Below are positions 25,921 to 38,500 of a DNA stretch of 64,000 bases, piece after piece (position 1 is the first letter of the stretch; each line of letters begins with the position of its first letter). Both the position numbers and the translations under genes were made by a program. This stretch comes from Okamejei kenojei (taxonomy: Eukaryota). Where the stretch lies: contig CM069138.1 in assembly GCA_035221665.1 (NCBI GenBank), forward strand, positions 22,320,001-22,384,000, in the 5' to 3' direction. The notes under the pieces are model-generated. The model saw only the letters and a list, made by a program, of their open reading frames with translations, had not been told where the DNA came from and did no database searches.

Positions 25921-28732
25921 AAAAGGGCTAACATTTGTGCACAATTAAAATCACTCAATACAGACATAATCTTCCTACAGGACACACACCTGAAACTTCA
26001 AGCTCAGACCAGACTCAAGGCAAATTGGATTGCCCAAACATATTACTCTTCATATATTTCTAAATCTAGAGGCATGGCAATTATCATTCGTAAAGGATAG
26101 ATAAAGAGGGGCGATATCTTATAGTGACGTGAGAAATCAATGCTGCACCACTTACTTTGGTAAATATATATGTGCCTAATTTTGACAATCCTCAATTTTT
26201 TAACAAAATACTGAATATAATTGCAGAGTTTAATTATCAAAATGTGATAATTGGGGGAGATTTCAATTGCGTTTCAGATCCATACCTGGATAGATCTGCA
26301 CAACAAAAGAGGCTTAATATAAAATCAAAAGCTAGTGAATTCCTAAATACATATATAAAAAATACAAATATAACAGATGGCTAATCCAGTTGGAAGGGAA
26401 TACTCTTTTTACTCAATGGTACATAAAACTTATTCACGTATCGATTATTTTTTAGGTGATACGAAATTAATTCCTTATACATCGAATCCTAATTATCATA
26501 ATAGTATTATTTCTGATCACTCTCCACTAACCTTCTCCTTAAAATTAGAAGGTATGCCCAATAAAAAAATTGTTTTGGAGGTTTAATCCCCAAACTTTAA
26601 ACGATCTGCAAGGTGGTATACATCTAAAGCAACAGATGGATTTTTTTTTGAGACTAACGACACACCAGGCATTTCACCCTCTTTATTATGGGAATCTTTT
26701 AAGGCATTTATTCGAGGATCCATAATTTCATATCAAGCATTTCAAAACAAAAATATAAGGAAGACCATTTGAAGTTAGAAGAACAAATTAGACAATTAGA
26801 CTTAGATAATGCTAAAGAACCAAACATAGACAAACATAATAAAATAATAATATTGAAATTTAAATTAAACGGAATCTTATCCACGAGAGTTATAAGACTA
26901 TTTCAAATAACAAAACAGGAAAACGTTGAATTCGGTGATAAATCACATAAACGTTTGGCACGTCAACTGAAGAAACACGAAAAGGACCATACGATTTCAA
27001 AAATCAAATCAGATAAAGGCGAATTGTTAACAATACCTAAAGACATTAATAAAAGATTTACTCAATTTTATAAAAATATATACACATCAAAAACATCAAC
27101 AGATAACATTAAACTTAGAAATTTCTTGGATAAATGAACCTCCCAAAACTTAATCTGCTGGAACAAGAGGAATTAGGAGCTCAGATCTCAATTAAGGAAA
27201 TAGAAGAGACAATAAACTAACTGAAGAACAGTAAAACGTCAGGACCTGATGGATTTAATAATGAATTTTGTAAAAGATTCTACGAGACAATTTCACCAGT
27301 ACACTTGTCTACAAAAAGTGTAGCCAAATGCTTTTAAAGAACAAATACTACCAGAAACACTAGCGGAATAAATTATTACACTCATACCGAAAATCCCGGT
27401 TCATATAGAGCCATCGCATTGTTAAACACAGATCAGAAAATTCTAGCGAAAATTCTAGCAAGAAGATTGAGCAAATATGTTAGTATATTAATAAATGTGG
27501 ATCCAAACATGGTTTATACCTAAGAGATACTCATTGAACAATTTGAGACGTCTGTTTAATATAATGTGTTCACATAATACTAAAGAGGAAGACTTATCAA
27601 TTATTTAATTGGATGCAGAAAAAGCATTTGACCAGGTGGTATGGGAAAATCTCTTCAAAGTATTGCAAACATTTTAAATGGGAGAGATTATTATATGACA
27701 AGTCGAATGCTAGAATACTGACTAATAATGTACTCTCTTTGAAATTTCAACTATCCAGGGGCAATAGACAGGGATGTACACTATCACCCCTGCCATGTGC
27801 TCTTGTGATAGAACCCTTAGCAGAAAGTATAAGAATGCATCCGAACATCCATGGTTATAATACAAAACATTCAAATAATAAAATATCAGTATATGCAGAT
27901 GATCTATTATTATATATTACAAAATCGCAAATCAGCATACCAAATATATTAAACTTAATAGAGGAATTTGGATCTTTTTCAAGATATAGAATTAATTGGA
28001 ATAAAAGTGAAATTATGACGATAAAACCTCAAGAACCGACACACCTTTTAAAATTCCCATTTAGAATTGCTACAGAAAAATTTAAACATCTGGGTATTCA
28101 AATTACTAGAAAATATAAATCTTTATTCAATGCAAACTATATGACCTTACTTACTAAATTAAATGCTTTGATTAAATTTTGGAAAACACTACCGATGTCT
28201 TTAATAGGTAGAATAAATGCCATAAAAATGATTTTTCTGCCGCAAATCGTATATTTATTTCAATCAATACCAATATATTTACCTACATTTTTTTTTTTAA
28301 CTTGACTTTGATATCACAAATTTCATATGGGACTATAAGTCCCATAGAATTCAAAGCAGACACCTGTGTACACCGAAGGAATTCAGCGGACTGACACTAC
28401 CCATCTTTCTGTACTATCACTGGGCAACGAATATTAAAAATATAATTTACTTGTTGGACAATTCTGCCCAACAGGTAGATTGGATAGCAATGGAGAGAGA
28501 GGACTGCTCTCCTTTTAATATAGCAGTGATCCTTCTCTCACCGATAAAACTGTATAATATAATATACAAGAAAAATCCATTATTCATAGTACAATACGAA
28601 CATGGAAACAAATAAAATTAACTTTCAAATTAAGAAATCTATCGCATCCATTTCCTATTGTTAATAATCCGTCGTTTAAACCATCTACTATCGATAAAAC
28701 ATTTACACACTGCGAAAGAATAGGAATTAAAA

Positions 28733-30583
28733 AGCTTAGCTTTACCAAATTTTATGTTCTATTATTGGGCAGTTAATATTAGAAATATGAATTTTTGGTT
28801 AGGAGAAATAGATAATAAACCAAATTGGTTAAAAATGGAAAGAGAAGACTGTTTTCCATTTGAAATTAGCTCTATAATATTTGCTAATATTAATGTACCT
28901 AAGAAAACTTATAGTGAAAATCTGATAATAGAAAGTGGAATACGTATTTGGAAACAAATAAAGAAAACACTAAAACTAAAATTTATACCGCTAGCTCTTA
29001 CAATTGCCAATAATTTTACGTTTAAAACCGTCAATGATGGATAAAGCTTTTATACAATGGAAAAATAAAGGAATTTCTAAACATAGGGGATCTTTATAAG
29101 GATAATTCATTTCTTTCATTTCAAGAATTACAACAAACTTACGGGCTTCATAATAATGAATATTTCAGATATTTACAAATCAGAAACTATATTTCTGCAA
29201 ATACACAAGAACTTAGAAATAGAAAGAGTGAAATTTTAGATGAATGCTTGAATAAACACCCAAATACAGAAAAAATGATATCATACATTTATAATATTTT
29301 GTTGGAAAGTGATATCCCATCATCGGAAATACATAGACAGCGCTGGGAAAATGAACTAAGTCAAATAATAAGTCCAGAAATATGGGAAGAAAGCCTACAA
29401 CATATACATTATTGCTCTTTAAACGCTAAACATGCACTTATACAGTTTAAAATCTTACATAGATTACATTATTCTAAATCTAAACTACATAATATATTTC
29501 CAAAAACTATCACCTATATGTGATAAATGTCAAATCATGGAAGCAACTCTGTCACATCATTTACTAATTGTACGAAGATTTTACAATATTGGAATGAAAT
29601 ATTCAAAATAATCTCGAAAGTTATTAATATTACTATGATTTATGACCCAAAGTTAATCATACTTGGAATACCGGAAATGGAACAAATAATTACAAGGAAT
29701 CATAGAACTTTTATCGACTATTCTTTAATAATTGGGAAAAAATTAATATTAAAATTTTGGAAAGGCCCTGTATCCCCAACAATTAAAATGTGGAATACAG
29801 AAATGACGGAGACACTTCACTTGGAGAGATTGAGACTTGTCCTCATGGACAGGTTAGATCTCTTCAAGGAGATATGGTCTCCCTATATTAAATATCTACA
29901 GGGTCACAACGGTTCGGCGCAGGGACTTGACTGAGGCCTGAATATCTGAGTGGATGAAGAAATACAGATAACAAATCATGAATGTATCTCCAAGATTGGA
30001 TTACTTAGTAATACTTCAATCTCCATCAAACTTTTCACACTTTCTTTTCTATTTTCTATTCCTTTTTTTCTATCTCTCTATCTTTAATTAAGGAAAAAAT
30101 TATAGAAACATACTATATAAATTTTTAATATGTACACACTTATTTCTGTTTGTATGAAAAAGATTATAGATGTCTTAAACTTGTAATTATATAAAACTAT
30201 GTACTCTCAATTATACAATAACTATGAAATATAAAATTAACAATAATACAAACATTATTAATATTTTGATAACATTATGAATATTAAAAAAAAATGTTGT
30301 TTAAGATTGGGTACTACGTAGTTAAATTAGCGGGGATTTCTATTTGGTAATTAGAAGAATATCTATGATTTGAGAAATCTAAGTGTATTACTTATATTAG
30401 GAATATACTACATATACTCCCAATTATATAAAATAAATAATAACGGAAATGTATAATGGATAATACTACAATTATCATAAATAGTACTAATTAATAATCA
30501 ATACGTTATAACTTTTATACATTGTATAAATCTCAATGTCGTATAAGAGTGTACTTGGTATATACTGTTTCTACAATAAAAAA

Positions 30584-30613
<30 letters not shown>
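28733..30613 (+). mobile_element. 5'-truncated L1 of a different subfamily nested in L1 copy 2
   Basis: ORF2 C-terminal part (YYWAVN...QFKILHRLHY...CDKC), long AT-rich 3' UTR, AATAAA and a ~30-nt polyA. Confidence 0.88.
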
Positions 30614-30620
<7 letters not shown>

Positions 30621-32565
30621 ATTTTTCTGCCGCAAATCGTGTATTTATTTCAATCAATACCAATATATTTACCTACATTGCTTGATGTTTTTTAACTTGA
30701 CTTTGATATCACAAATTTCATATGGGATTATAAGTCCCATAGAATTCAAAGCAGACACCTGTGTACACCGAAGGAATTCAGCGGACTGACATTACCCAAC
30801 TTTCTGTACTATCACTGGGCAACGAATATTAAAAATATAATTTACTTGTTGGACAATTCTGCCCAACAGGTAGATTGGATAGCAATGGAGAGAGAGTATT
30901 GCTCTCCTTTTAATATAGCAGTGATCCTTCTCTCACCGATAAAACTGTATAATATAATATACAAGAAAAATCCATTATTCATAGTACAATACGAACATGG
31001 AAACAAATAAAATTAACTTTCAAATTAAGAAATCTATCGCATCCATTTCCTATTGTTAATAATCCGTCGTTTAAACCATCTACTATCGATAAAACATTTA
31101 CACACTGCGAAAGAATAGGAATTAAAACCTTTAGGGAAATGTATGAAATGGGAATTATTTTATCATTCCAACAACTACAACTTAAATATAACCCGAAAAG
31201 TAATCATTACTTTAAATATCTTCAAATCCGTGACTACTTGAAAACACATACAAAAGAACATAAAACTTTGACATCAGACGTACTAGATGAAGCTATGAAC
31301 AGAAAGGCGGATTCTACTAATTTAATATCATATTTGTAGAATATTATTTTAAACATAGAGATACCACCAATGCAATCAGAAGAGACTGGGAACAAGAATT
31401 ATCAATAAATATCTCGAAAGACAGATGGGATAAATATTTGCTATGTGTACATAAATGCTCGATAAATCTAAGACATACCTTAATTCAATTTAAAACTTTA
31501 CATAATTATATTGCTCAAAAACTAAATTAAATAAAATATTTCCAAATGTCTCACCCATTTGTGATAAATGCTTGTCTCAAGATGTAACTATAGCGCACTC
31601 TTTTGTCTTTTGCATAAAACTTCAGAAGCTTTGGAATGAAATTTTTGAAATTTTTACAAAAGTATTTAAAACAGAAATGAACCCCAATTCAGAATTGATT
31701 ATCTTTGGAACAATGGAGACCGGCTCTGAGCTGACTTCGTTCCAAGAGAGTTTCCTTAACTATGGCTTAACAACGGCAAAAAAATGTATATTAAAATTCT
31801 AGAAAAATGCACCAGCACCAAAGCTTAAAATGTGGATTTCAAACATGTCTGAATTGTTACATCTAGAAGATATGAGATTCATCCTAGCAGGCAAATCAGA
31901 CCAATTCTTAAAGATTTGGTCTCCGTTTGTTGATTTATTACAAGCATATGGTGCAACATAATCCTGAAAATGAACTGTTTCAGAACCGGGTGAGGGGTGC
32001 GCAAAGATACGCAGTAGGTATATCCCTACCATTTTATCTTCCTTTTATTATCCTTGTTTTAAATTATATCTCTCCTCCTTTCTCTCTTTTATTTCTACTT
32101 TTCATGAACTATCACTTTCACCACCTTACCTAACTTTCTTTTTCTCTCTTTTTGCTTATATTACTTTTTTATTATTAAATTCAAAAACAGAAGTTGTATA
32201 TGAAATGTATTATATTATTCACAATGTACCCTATTGTATATGACTTCTAAAAAAAATATTATTTAAAAAAAAGAGAAGAGTGAGTGATATAAATTGAAAT
32301 TATTTTCTTCGATCTGAGTCTTAAATTATAACAAAGGAAACTGCGACTGTATGAGTTGTGAGTTGTTGGGTAAACTGGGAAACTAAAAGAATAAATATGG
32401 CAGGAGTAAATCAATCTGTAGGCTATCACTTTATGTGAGATTAAGATTAAGAAAATATTGAGGCATATGCCTAAGAACCAGAACGAAGATCTGTGACATT
32501 CGGGAGTTCTGTGCATTGACAGATACCAGCTAGAAGAACCCTGAGGGGCGACATTTAGTCAGTCA

Positions 32566-32682
32566 CTATGCACGTTTGATGGCAGCATATTCGGTTGTCT
32601 CCTCGCTGACCTCTAAGGTTGGAGCTTTGGCATTCTGTTGTACAAACTGAATATCAGCATACAACACCTCCGATTCCACCGA
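32566..32682 (-). CDS. Same receptor, terminal coding exon with ITIM and ITSM
   Basis: Acceptor tctgtttttctgttgcAG|TCG, phase 0; SVESEVLYADIQFVQQNAKAPTLEVSEETTEYAAIKRA*. Contains ITIM VLYADI and ITSM TEYAAI. Confidence 0.88.
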   Translation of the reverse strand, partial: SVESEVLYADIQFVQQNAKAPTLEVSEETTEYAAIKRA

Positions 32683-32861
32683 CTGCAACAGAAAAACAGA
32701 GTGTAAATGGCACAAGACACTGCTGAATTTTGTTCATCAGTCAGAATATACGCAAAATCACTCCATACCATTACAGTTTATAACGAATGGCATAAAAAAC
32801 ATATAAGATGAACAAGAAAGAGCAATTACCAAAAGGGGACAAGGGAGCAAACTAGTTATAG

Positions 32862-33884
32862 CCATAGAGTAATACAGTGTGGAAACAGGCCCTTTAGCCC
32901 AACTCACCCACACCAGCCAACAATGTCCCATCTACCCGAGTCCCACTTGCCTGCGCTTGGTCCATAACCATCCAAACCTGTCCTATCCATGTACCTGTCC
33001 AACTGTTACTTAAACGATGGGATAGTCCCAGCCTCAACTACCTCCTCTGGCAGTTTGTTCCATACACCCACCACCCTCTGTGTGAAAAGGTACTCCTTGG
33101 ATTCCTATTAAATCGTTTCCCCTTCACCCTGAACCTATGTCCTCTGGTCCGCGATTCCCCTTCTCAGGGTAAAAGACTGCATCTACCTGATCTATTCCGC
33201 TCATGATTTTATATACCTCTGTAAGATCTCCCCTCACCCTCCTAGGCTGCATGGAATAGAGACCCTGCCTACTCAACCTCTCCCTACAGCTCACACCCTC
33301 TAGTCCTGGCAACATCCTTGTTAATCTTTTCTGAACACTTTCAAGCTTGACAACATCTTTCCTATAACATGGTGACCAGAACTGAACACAATATTCTAAA
33401 TGCGGTTTCACCAACGCCTTGACACACCAACGTCTTGACTGCAACATGACCTTCCAAGTTCTATACTCAATACTCTGTCTGATGAAGGCCAAAGTGGCAA
33501 AAGCTGTTTTGACCACCTTATCTACCTGCAACTCAACCTTCATGGCACCATTCACTTGCACCCTTAGATCCCTTTGCTCTACAACACTACCCAGAGGCCT
33601 ACCATTTACTGTGTAGGTCCTGCCCTACTTTGACGTCCCAAAATGTCACACCTCATACTTCTCTGTATTACATTCCATAAACCATTCCTCCGCCCACCCA
33701 GCCAATCGATCCAGATCCTGCTGCAATCGTTCACAACCATCCTCACTATCTGCAAAACCATTAACATTTGTATCATCAGCAAACTTGTTAATCTTGCACT
33801 GTATGTTCTCATCCAAATCATTGCTGTAGATGACAAGCAGTAACGAGCCCAGCACCGAACCCTGTGGCACACCACTAGTCACAG
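32862..33884 (-). mobile_element. 5'-truncated CR1 LINE
   Basis: [28 protein letters not shown]. Confidence 0.9.
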
Positions 33885-33949
33885 GAATGAATGTGATGTG
33901 TGTGCGTTAGACTTTGAATATAATGATATTTATGGAAGCTTGTTCATAT

Positions 33950-34090
33950 CTTCTTCTTCTTGCGTATGGCGTACACAGCCTAAAGTTGTAGGACAACTTG
34001 TTCTATTTGATCTTATTTGATTGTGCACATCAGGTTGATTGCATTCGTCGAAACAGGGCGGACCACGTGAAGGTTGCAATCTCCCACCCC
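33950..34090 (-). mobile_element. Short non-autonomous retroposon with HDV-ribozyme head and (AAG)n tail, copy 1
   Basis: 15-bp TSD gaagcttgttcatat (33935-33949) / gaagcttgttcacat (34091-34105); 3' end ...GCCATACGCAAGAAGAAGAAG; second copy at 51479. Confidence 0.88.
34037..34090 (-). ncRNA. Minimal HDV-like (CPEB3-type) self-cleaving ribozyme, apparently intact
   Basis: GGGGUGG GA GAUUGCA ACC UUCACGU GGU CCGCCCU GU UUCGA C GAA UGCAAUC. P1 is 7 bp with a G1-U36 wobble, P2 is 7 bp perfect, P3 is ACC/GGU, L3 is UUCACGU, P1.1 is C22-G37, P4 is reduced to a UUCG loop, and J4/2 is CGAA with the putative catalytic C at 34047. Confidence 0.85.
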
Positions 34091-34280
34091 GAAGCTTGTT
34101 CACATGTAAGGGTGTAAGGTGGACATTCGTATACCTGAGATGGCTTGTATTGGTCTAAAAGGGAAGTAATGGCATTCAATTAAAGGCATGGGCCAAAATG
34201 TCGCCTGTCCATTTCTTTCCGCAGATGCTGCCTGACCCACCGAGTTGCTCCAGCAGTTTGTATTTATGTCTGGTACTTAC

Positions 34281-34324
34281 CATAGTGACATTGGGGGCCG
34301 GTTCTGTATTGGTCTTGGTTTCAA
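34281..34324 (-). CDS. Same receptor, cytoplasmic exon 2
   Basis: Acceptor ttattttatttcAG|TTGAA and donor ACTATG|GTAAGT; 44 nt, phase 1-0; (V)ETKTNTEPAPNVTM. Confidence 0.78.
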
Positions 34325-35370
34325 CTGAAATAAAATAAGAATCCGTTGAGTTGTCACATACGGGTGATAATCAAAATGAAATCATAGTGCGGTATACAAA
34401 CTTATTGCCATCCCTTATCCAGTGCATTCAGATATCTGCAACATTCTGCAGAACATGTATGTTTAGTCTAGACATACAGCGTGGAAACAGGCCCTTCAGC
34501 CATCAAGTAGGCATCTTTCGAGAGGCTGCAGGAATTGATATATAGCCAATAATTCATTTAAGACTGATGGTGTGTCCATTTAGTGGAGGAGGGCAGAGGC
34601 ATAAGTACTTGGTGGTAGGCTGCTCTCTATTTTAGGGCACAAGAGACTGCAGATGCTGGAATCTGATAAGGTAGCATGGCGTCGAAGGAAGGAAATGGCT
34701 GGAGATCCGCAACAGACTGGGACTTGCCTGGAACAGGCACTGCTCATAAGAACTAGAGCGTGGACTGAAAATAGCACCACTAGATGGCACTTCTTGCATG
34801 CGTGCCCAGTAGACTAAATCTGTACACTTGCTAATTAGGGATCGGCAATATTCTACTGGACTGTCTGTATGAAAAATAATTTCATTGTGTTAGCACTTTG
34901 CAAATGTGACAATTAAAGCACTATTGAACCATTGTTTCCGCATATCACCTTCTGACTTACGAGATTCCAACATCTGTAGGATTCTAGCATCTCTTGTTTC
35001 CACATTAGCTTTCAGCCTCTATTCCCAGCATCTGCTCCCCACTTGGCTCATCTGCCCTTTTTTCCTCTCTTCATCTGTTTCTATCTATTACTGCCTGCCC
35101 TGCCTCACACCTCCCGTTCACCTCTTTTTGTTGGCTATCTGCTCTCTATAATCACGACCCAAAACATCGACAAAATAACTATTTTAGTTGCCTTGATGGA
35201 GACCTTGAGTACTTAAATAAGATTGTTCAGATACAAAATCTAATAGAGAGGAGATATGTATTCCAATTGTTCCTATTGATCTGAGATATAGGAGCAGATT
35301 TAGGCCATTTGGCCCATCAAGTTTGTTCCACCATTCATCCCCGATATGAGTACTGAAATTAACTTTTTAC

Positions 35371-35414
35371 CTGTAACTGTTGAATCAACTGTGTTCAGTT
35401 CTTCAGTAGAGTTC
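35371..35414 (-). CDS. Same receptor, cytoplasmic exon 1
   Basis: Acceptor catttcgctAG|GAAC and donor ACAG|GTAAAA; 44 nt, phase 2-1; (G)NSTEELNTVDSTVT. Restores frame between flanking exons. Confidence 0.72.
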
Positions 35415-35590
35415 CTAGCGAAATGATATAGAACACACTGTCAGTGAACTATTTATATTTGTTGAATGTCTCTGAAGAACAACAATGGGATTACATTGGT
35501 ATTGGTTTATTGTTCTTATGTGTACCGAGGTACAGTGAAAAGTTTTATTTGCATGCTATCCAGTCAAATCATACTACACAACCAAAGCAG

Positions 35591-38500
35591 ATAGAAACAT
35601 AGAAAATAGGTGTAGGAGTAGGCCATTCGGCCCTTCGAGCCTGCACCACCACTCAATATGATCATGGCTGATCATCCAACTCAGTATCCTGTACCTGTTT
35701 TCTCTCCATACCCCCTGATCCCTTTAGCCACAAGGGCCACATCTAACTCCCTCTTCAATATAGCCAATGAACTGGCCTCAACTACCTTCTGTGGCAGGGA
35801 ATTGCAGAGACTCACCACTCTCTTTGTGAAAAATGTTTTCCTCATCTCGGTCCTAAAGGAATTCCCACTTATCCTTAGACTGTGACCCCTTGTTCTGGAC
35901 CTCCCCAACATCGGGACCAATCTTCCTGCATCTAGCTTATCCAACCCCTTAAGAATTGTGCAAGTTTCCAAAGATCCCCCCTCAGTCTTCTCAATTCTAG
36001 CGAGTAGAAGCCAAGTCTATCCAATCTTTCCTCATATGAAAGTCCTGACGTCCCAAGAATTAGTCTGGTGAACCTTCTCTGTACCCCCTCTATGGCAAGA
36101 ATGTCTTTCCTCAGATTTGGAGACCAAAACTGTATGCAATACTCCAGGTGTGGTCTCACCAAAACCCTGTACAATTGCAGTAGAACCTCCCTGCTCCTAT
36201 ACTCAAATCCTTTCGCTATGAATGCTAACATACCATTTGCTTTCTTCACTGCCTGCTGCACCTGCATGTCTACTTTCAATGATTGGTGTATCACAACACC
36301 CAGGTCACGTTGCATCTCCCCTTTTCCTAATTTGACACCATTCAGATAAAACTCTACCCTCCTGTTTTTGCCACCAACGTGGATAACCTCACATTTATCC
36401 ACATTGTACTGCATCTGCCATGCATTTGCCCACTCACCCAGCCTATCCAAGTCACCTTGCAGCCTCCTAGCATCCTCCTCACACCTAACACTACCCCCCC
36501 ATCTTAGTGTCATCCGCAAACTTGGAGATGTTGCATCCAATTCCCTCATCCAAATCAATATATATTGTAAATAGCTGGGGTCCCAGCACTGAGCCTTGCG
36601 GTACCCCGCTAGTCACTGCCTGCCATTCTGAGAAGGACCTGTTTACTCCTACCCTTTGCTTCCTGTCTGCCAGCCAGTTCTCTATCCCATCAATACTGAA
36701 CCCCCAATACCATGTGCTTTAAGTTTGTATATTAATCTCTTACGTGGGACCTTGTCGAAAGCCTTCCGAAAGTCTGGATATAACACCCACTGGTTCTCCC
36801 TTATCCACTCCACTAGTTACATCCTCGAAAAATTCTATAAGATTCGTCAGACATGAATTACCTTTTGCAAATCCATGCTGACTTTGTCCAATGATTTCAC
36901 CACTTTCCAAATGTGCTGCTATCCCATCTTTAATAACTAACTCTAGCAGTTTTCCCGCTACAGATGTTAGACTAACTGGTCTGTAATTCCCTGTTTTCTC
37001 TCTCCCTCTTTTTTTAAAAAGTGGGGTTACATTAGCTACCCTCCAATCCTCAGGAACTACTCCAGAATCTAAGGAGTTTTGAAAAATTATCACTAATGCA
37101 TCCACCATTTCTGTGGCTACTTCCATGAGTACTCTGGGATGCAGCCTATCTGGCCCTGGGGATTTATCAGCCTTTATTCCATTCAATTTACCCACCACCA
37201 CTTCCCAGCTAACCTGGATTTCACTCAATTCCTCCACCTTATTTGACCCCCGGTCCCCTGCTATTTCCGGCAGATTATTTATGTCTTCCTTAGTGAAGAC
37301 AGAACCAAAGTAGTTATTCAATTGGCCTGCCATGTCCTTATTCCCCATGATCAATTCACCCGTTTCTGACTGCATTTAACTAAATTCTTTCCCTTCATAT
37401 ATCTATAAAAACTTTTGCAGTCAGTTTTTATGTTCCCTGCCAGTTTTCTCTCATAATCTATTTTCCCTTTCCTAATTAAGCCCTTTGTCCTCCTCTGCTG
37501 GACTTTCTCCCAGTCCTCTGGTAGGCTGCTTTTTCTGGCTAATTTGTACGCTTCATCTTTTGTTTTTATACTATCCCTGATTTCCCTTGTTATCAATGGA
37601 TGCACTACCTTCCCTGATTTATTATTTCGCCAAACTGGGATGAACGATTTTTTGTAGTTCATCAATGCAGTCTTTAAATACCTTCCATTGCACATCCACT
37701 GTCAACCCTTTAAGAATCACTTGGCAGTCTATCTTGGCCAATTCACGTCTCATACCTTCAAAGTTACCTTTGTTCATGTTCAGAACCCTTGTTTCTGACT
37801 TAATTACGTCACCCTCCATCCTAATGAAGAACTCCACCATATTATAGTCACTCTTGCCCAAGGGGCCACGCACAACAAGACTGCTAACTAACCCTTCCTC
37901 ATTACTTATTACCCAGTCTAGAATAGCCTGCTCTCTTGTTGGTTCCTCTACATGTTGGTTTAGAAAACTATCCCACATACATTCCAAGAAATCCTCTTCC
38001 TCAGCACCCCCGCCCATTTAAATCACCCAATCTATATGTAGATTGAAGTCACCCATTATAACTGTTTTACCCTTGTTGCACACATTTCTAATTTTTTGTA
38101 TGATGCCATCCCCAACTCCACTACTACTGTTAGGTGGCCTGTACACAACTCCCACTAGCGTTTTATACCCCTTAGAGTTTTGCAGCTCTACCCATATCGA
38201 TTACACATCCTCCAAGCTAATGTCCTTCCTTTCTATTGCATTAATCTCCTCTCTCACCAGCAACGCTACCCCTTTTCTTTTCTGTCTATCCCTCCTGAAT
38301 ATTGAATATCCCTGGATGTTCAGTTCCCAGCCTTGGTCCCCCTGGAGCCATGTCTCCGTGATCCCAACCATAGCATAGTCATTAATAGCTATCTGCACAT
38401 TCAACTCTTCCACCTTATTCCCCCTTGCATTGAGACACAAAGCCTTCAGGCTTGTTTTTACAACACTCTTACTCCTTATACAATTATGTTGACAAGTGGC

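Larger units (their letters stand above)
19990..32272 (+). mobile_element. L1-clade LINE copy 2 (5'-truncated ORF1, frameshifted ORF2) hosting DIRS copy 2 and a nested L1
   Basis: ORF1 remnant KCLDLEARSRRQNLRIVGV...IDAAHRV. ORF2 starts at ~21500 and resumes at 25921 (GGDFN, YSRIDYF, SDHSP, YADD). A-rich tail at ~32250-32272. Confidence 0.88.

Noticed and set aside
34020-34060. Hammerhead ribozyme on the + strand (ttgattg...cgaaac)
   Set aside because: The CUGAnGA core is absent; the motif is the reverse complement of the HDV-like fold, which explains all pairings and the element boundary.
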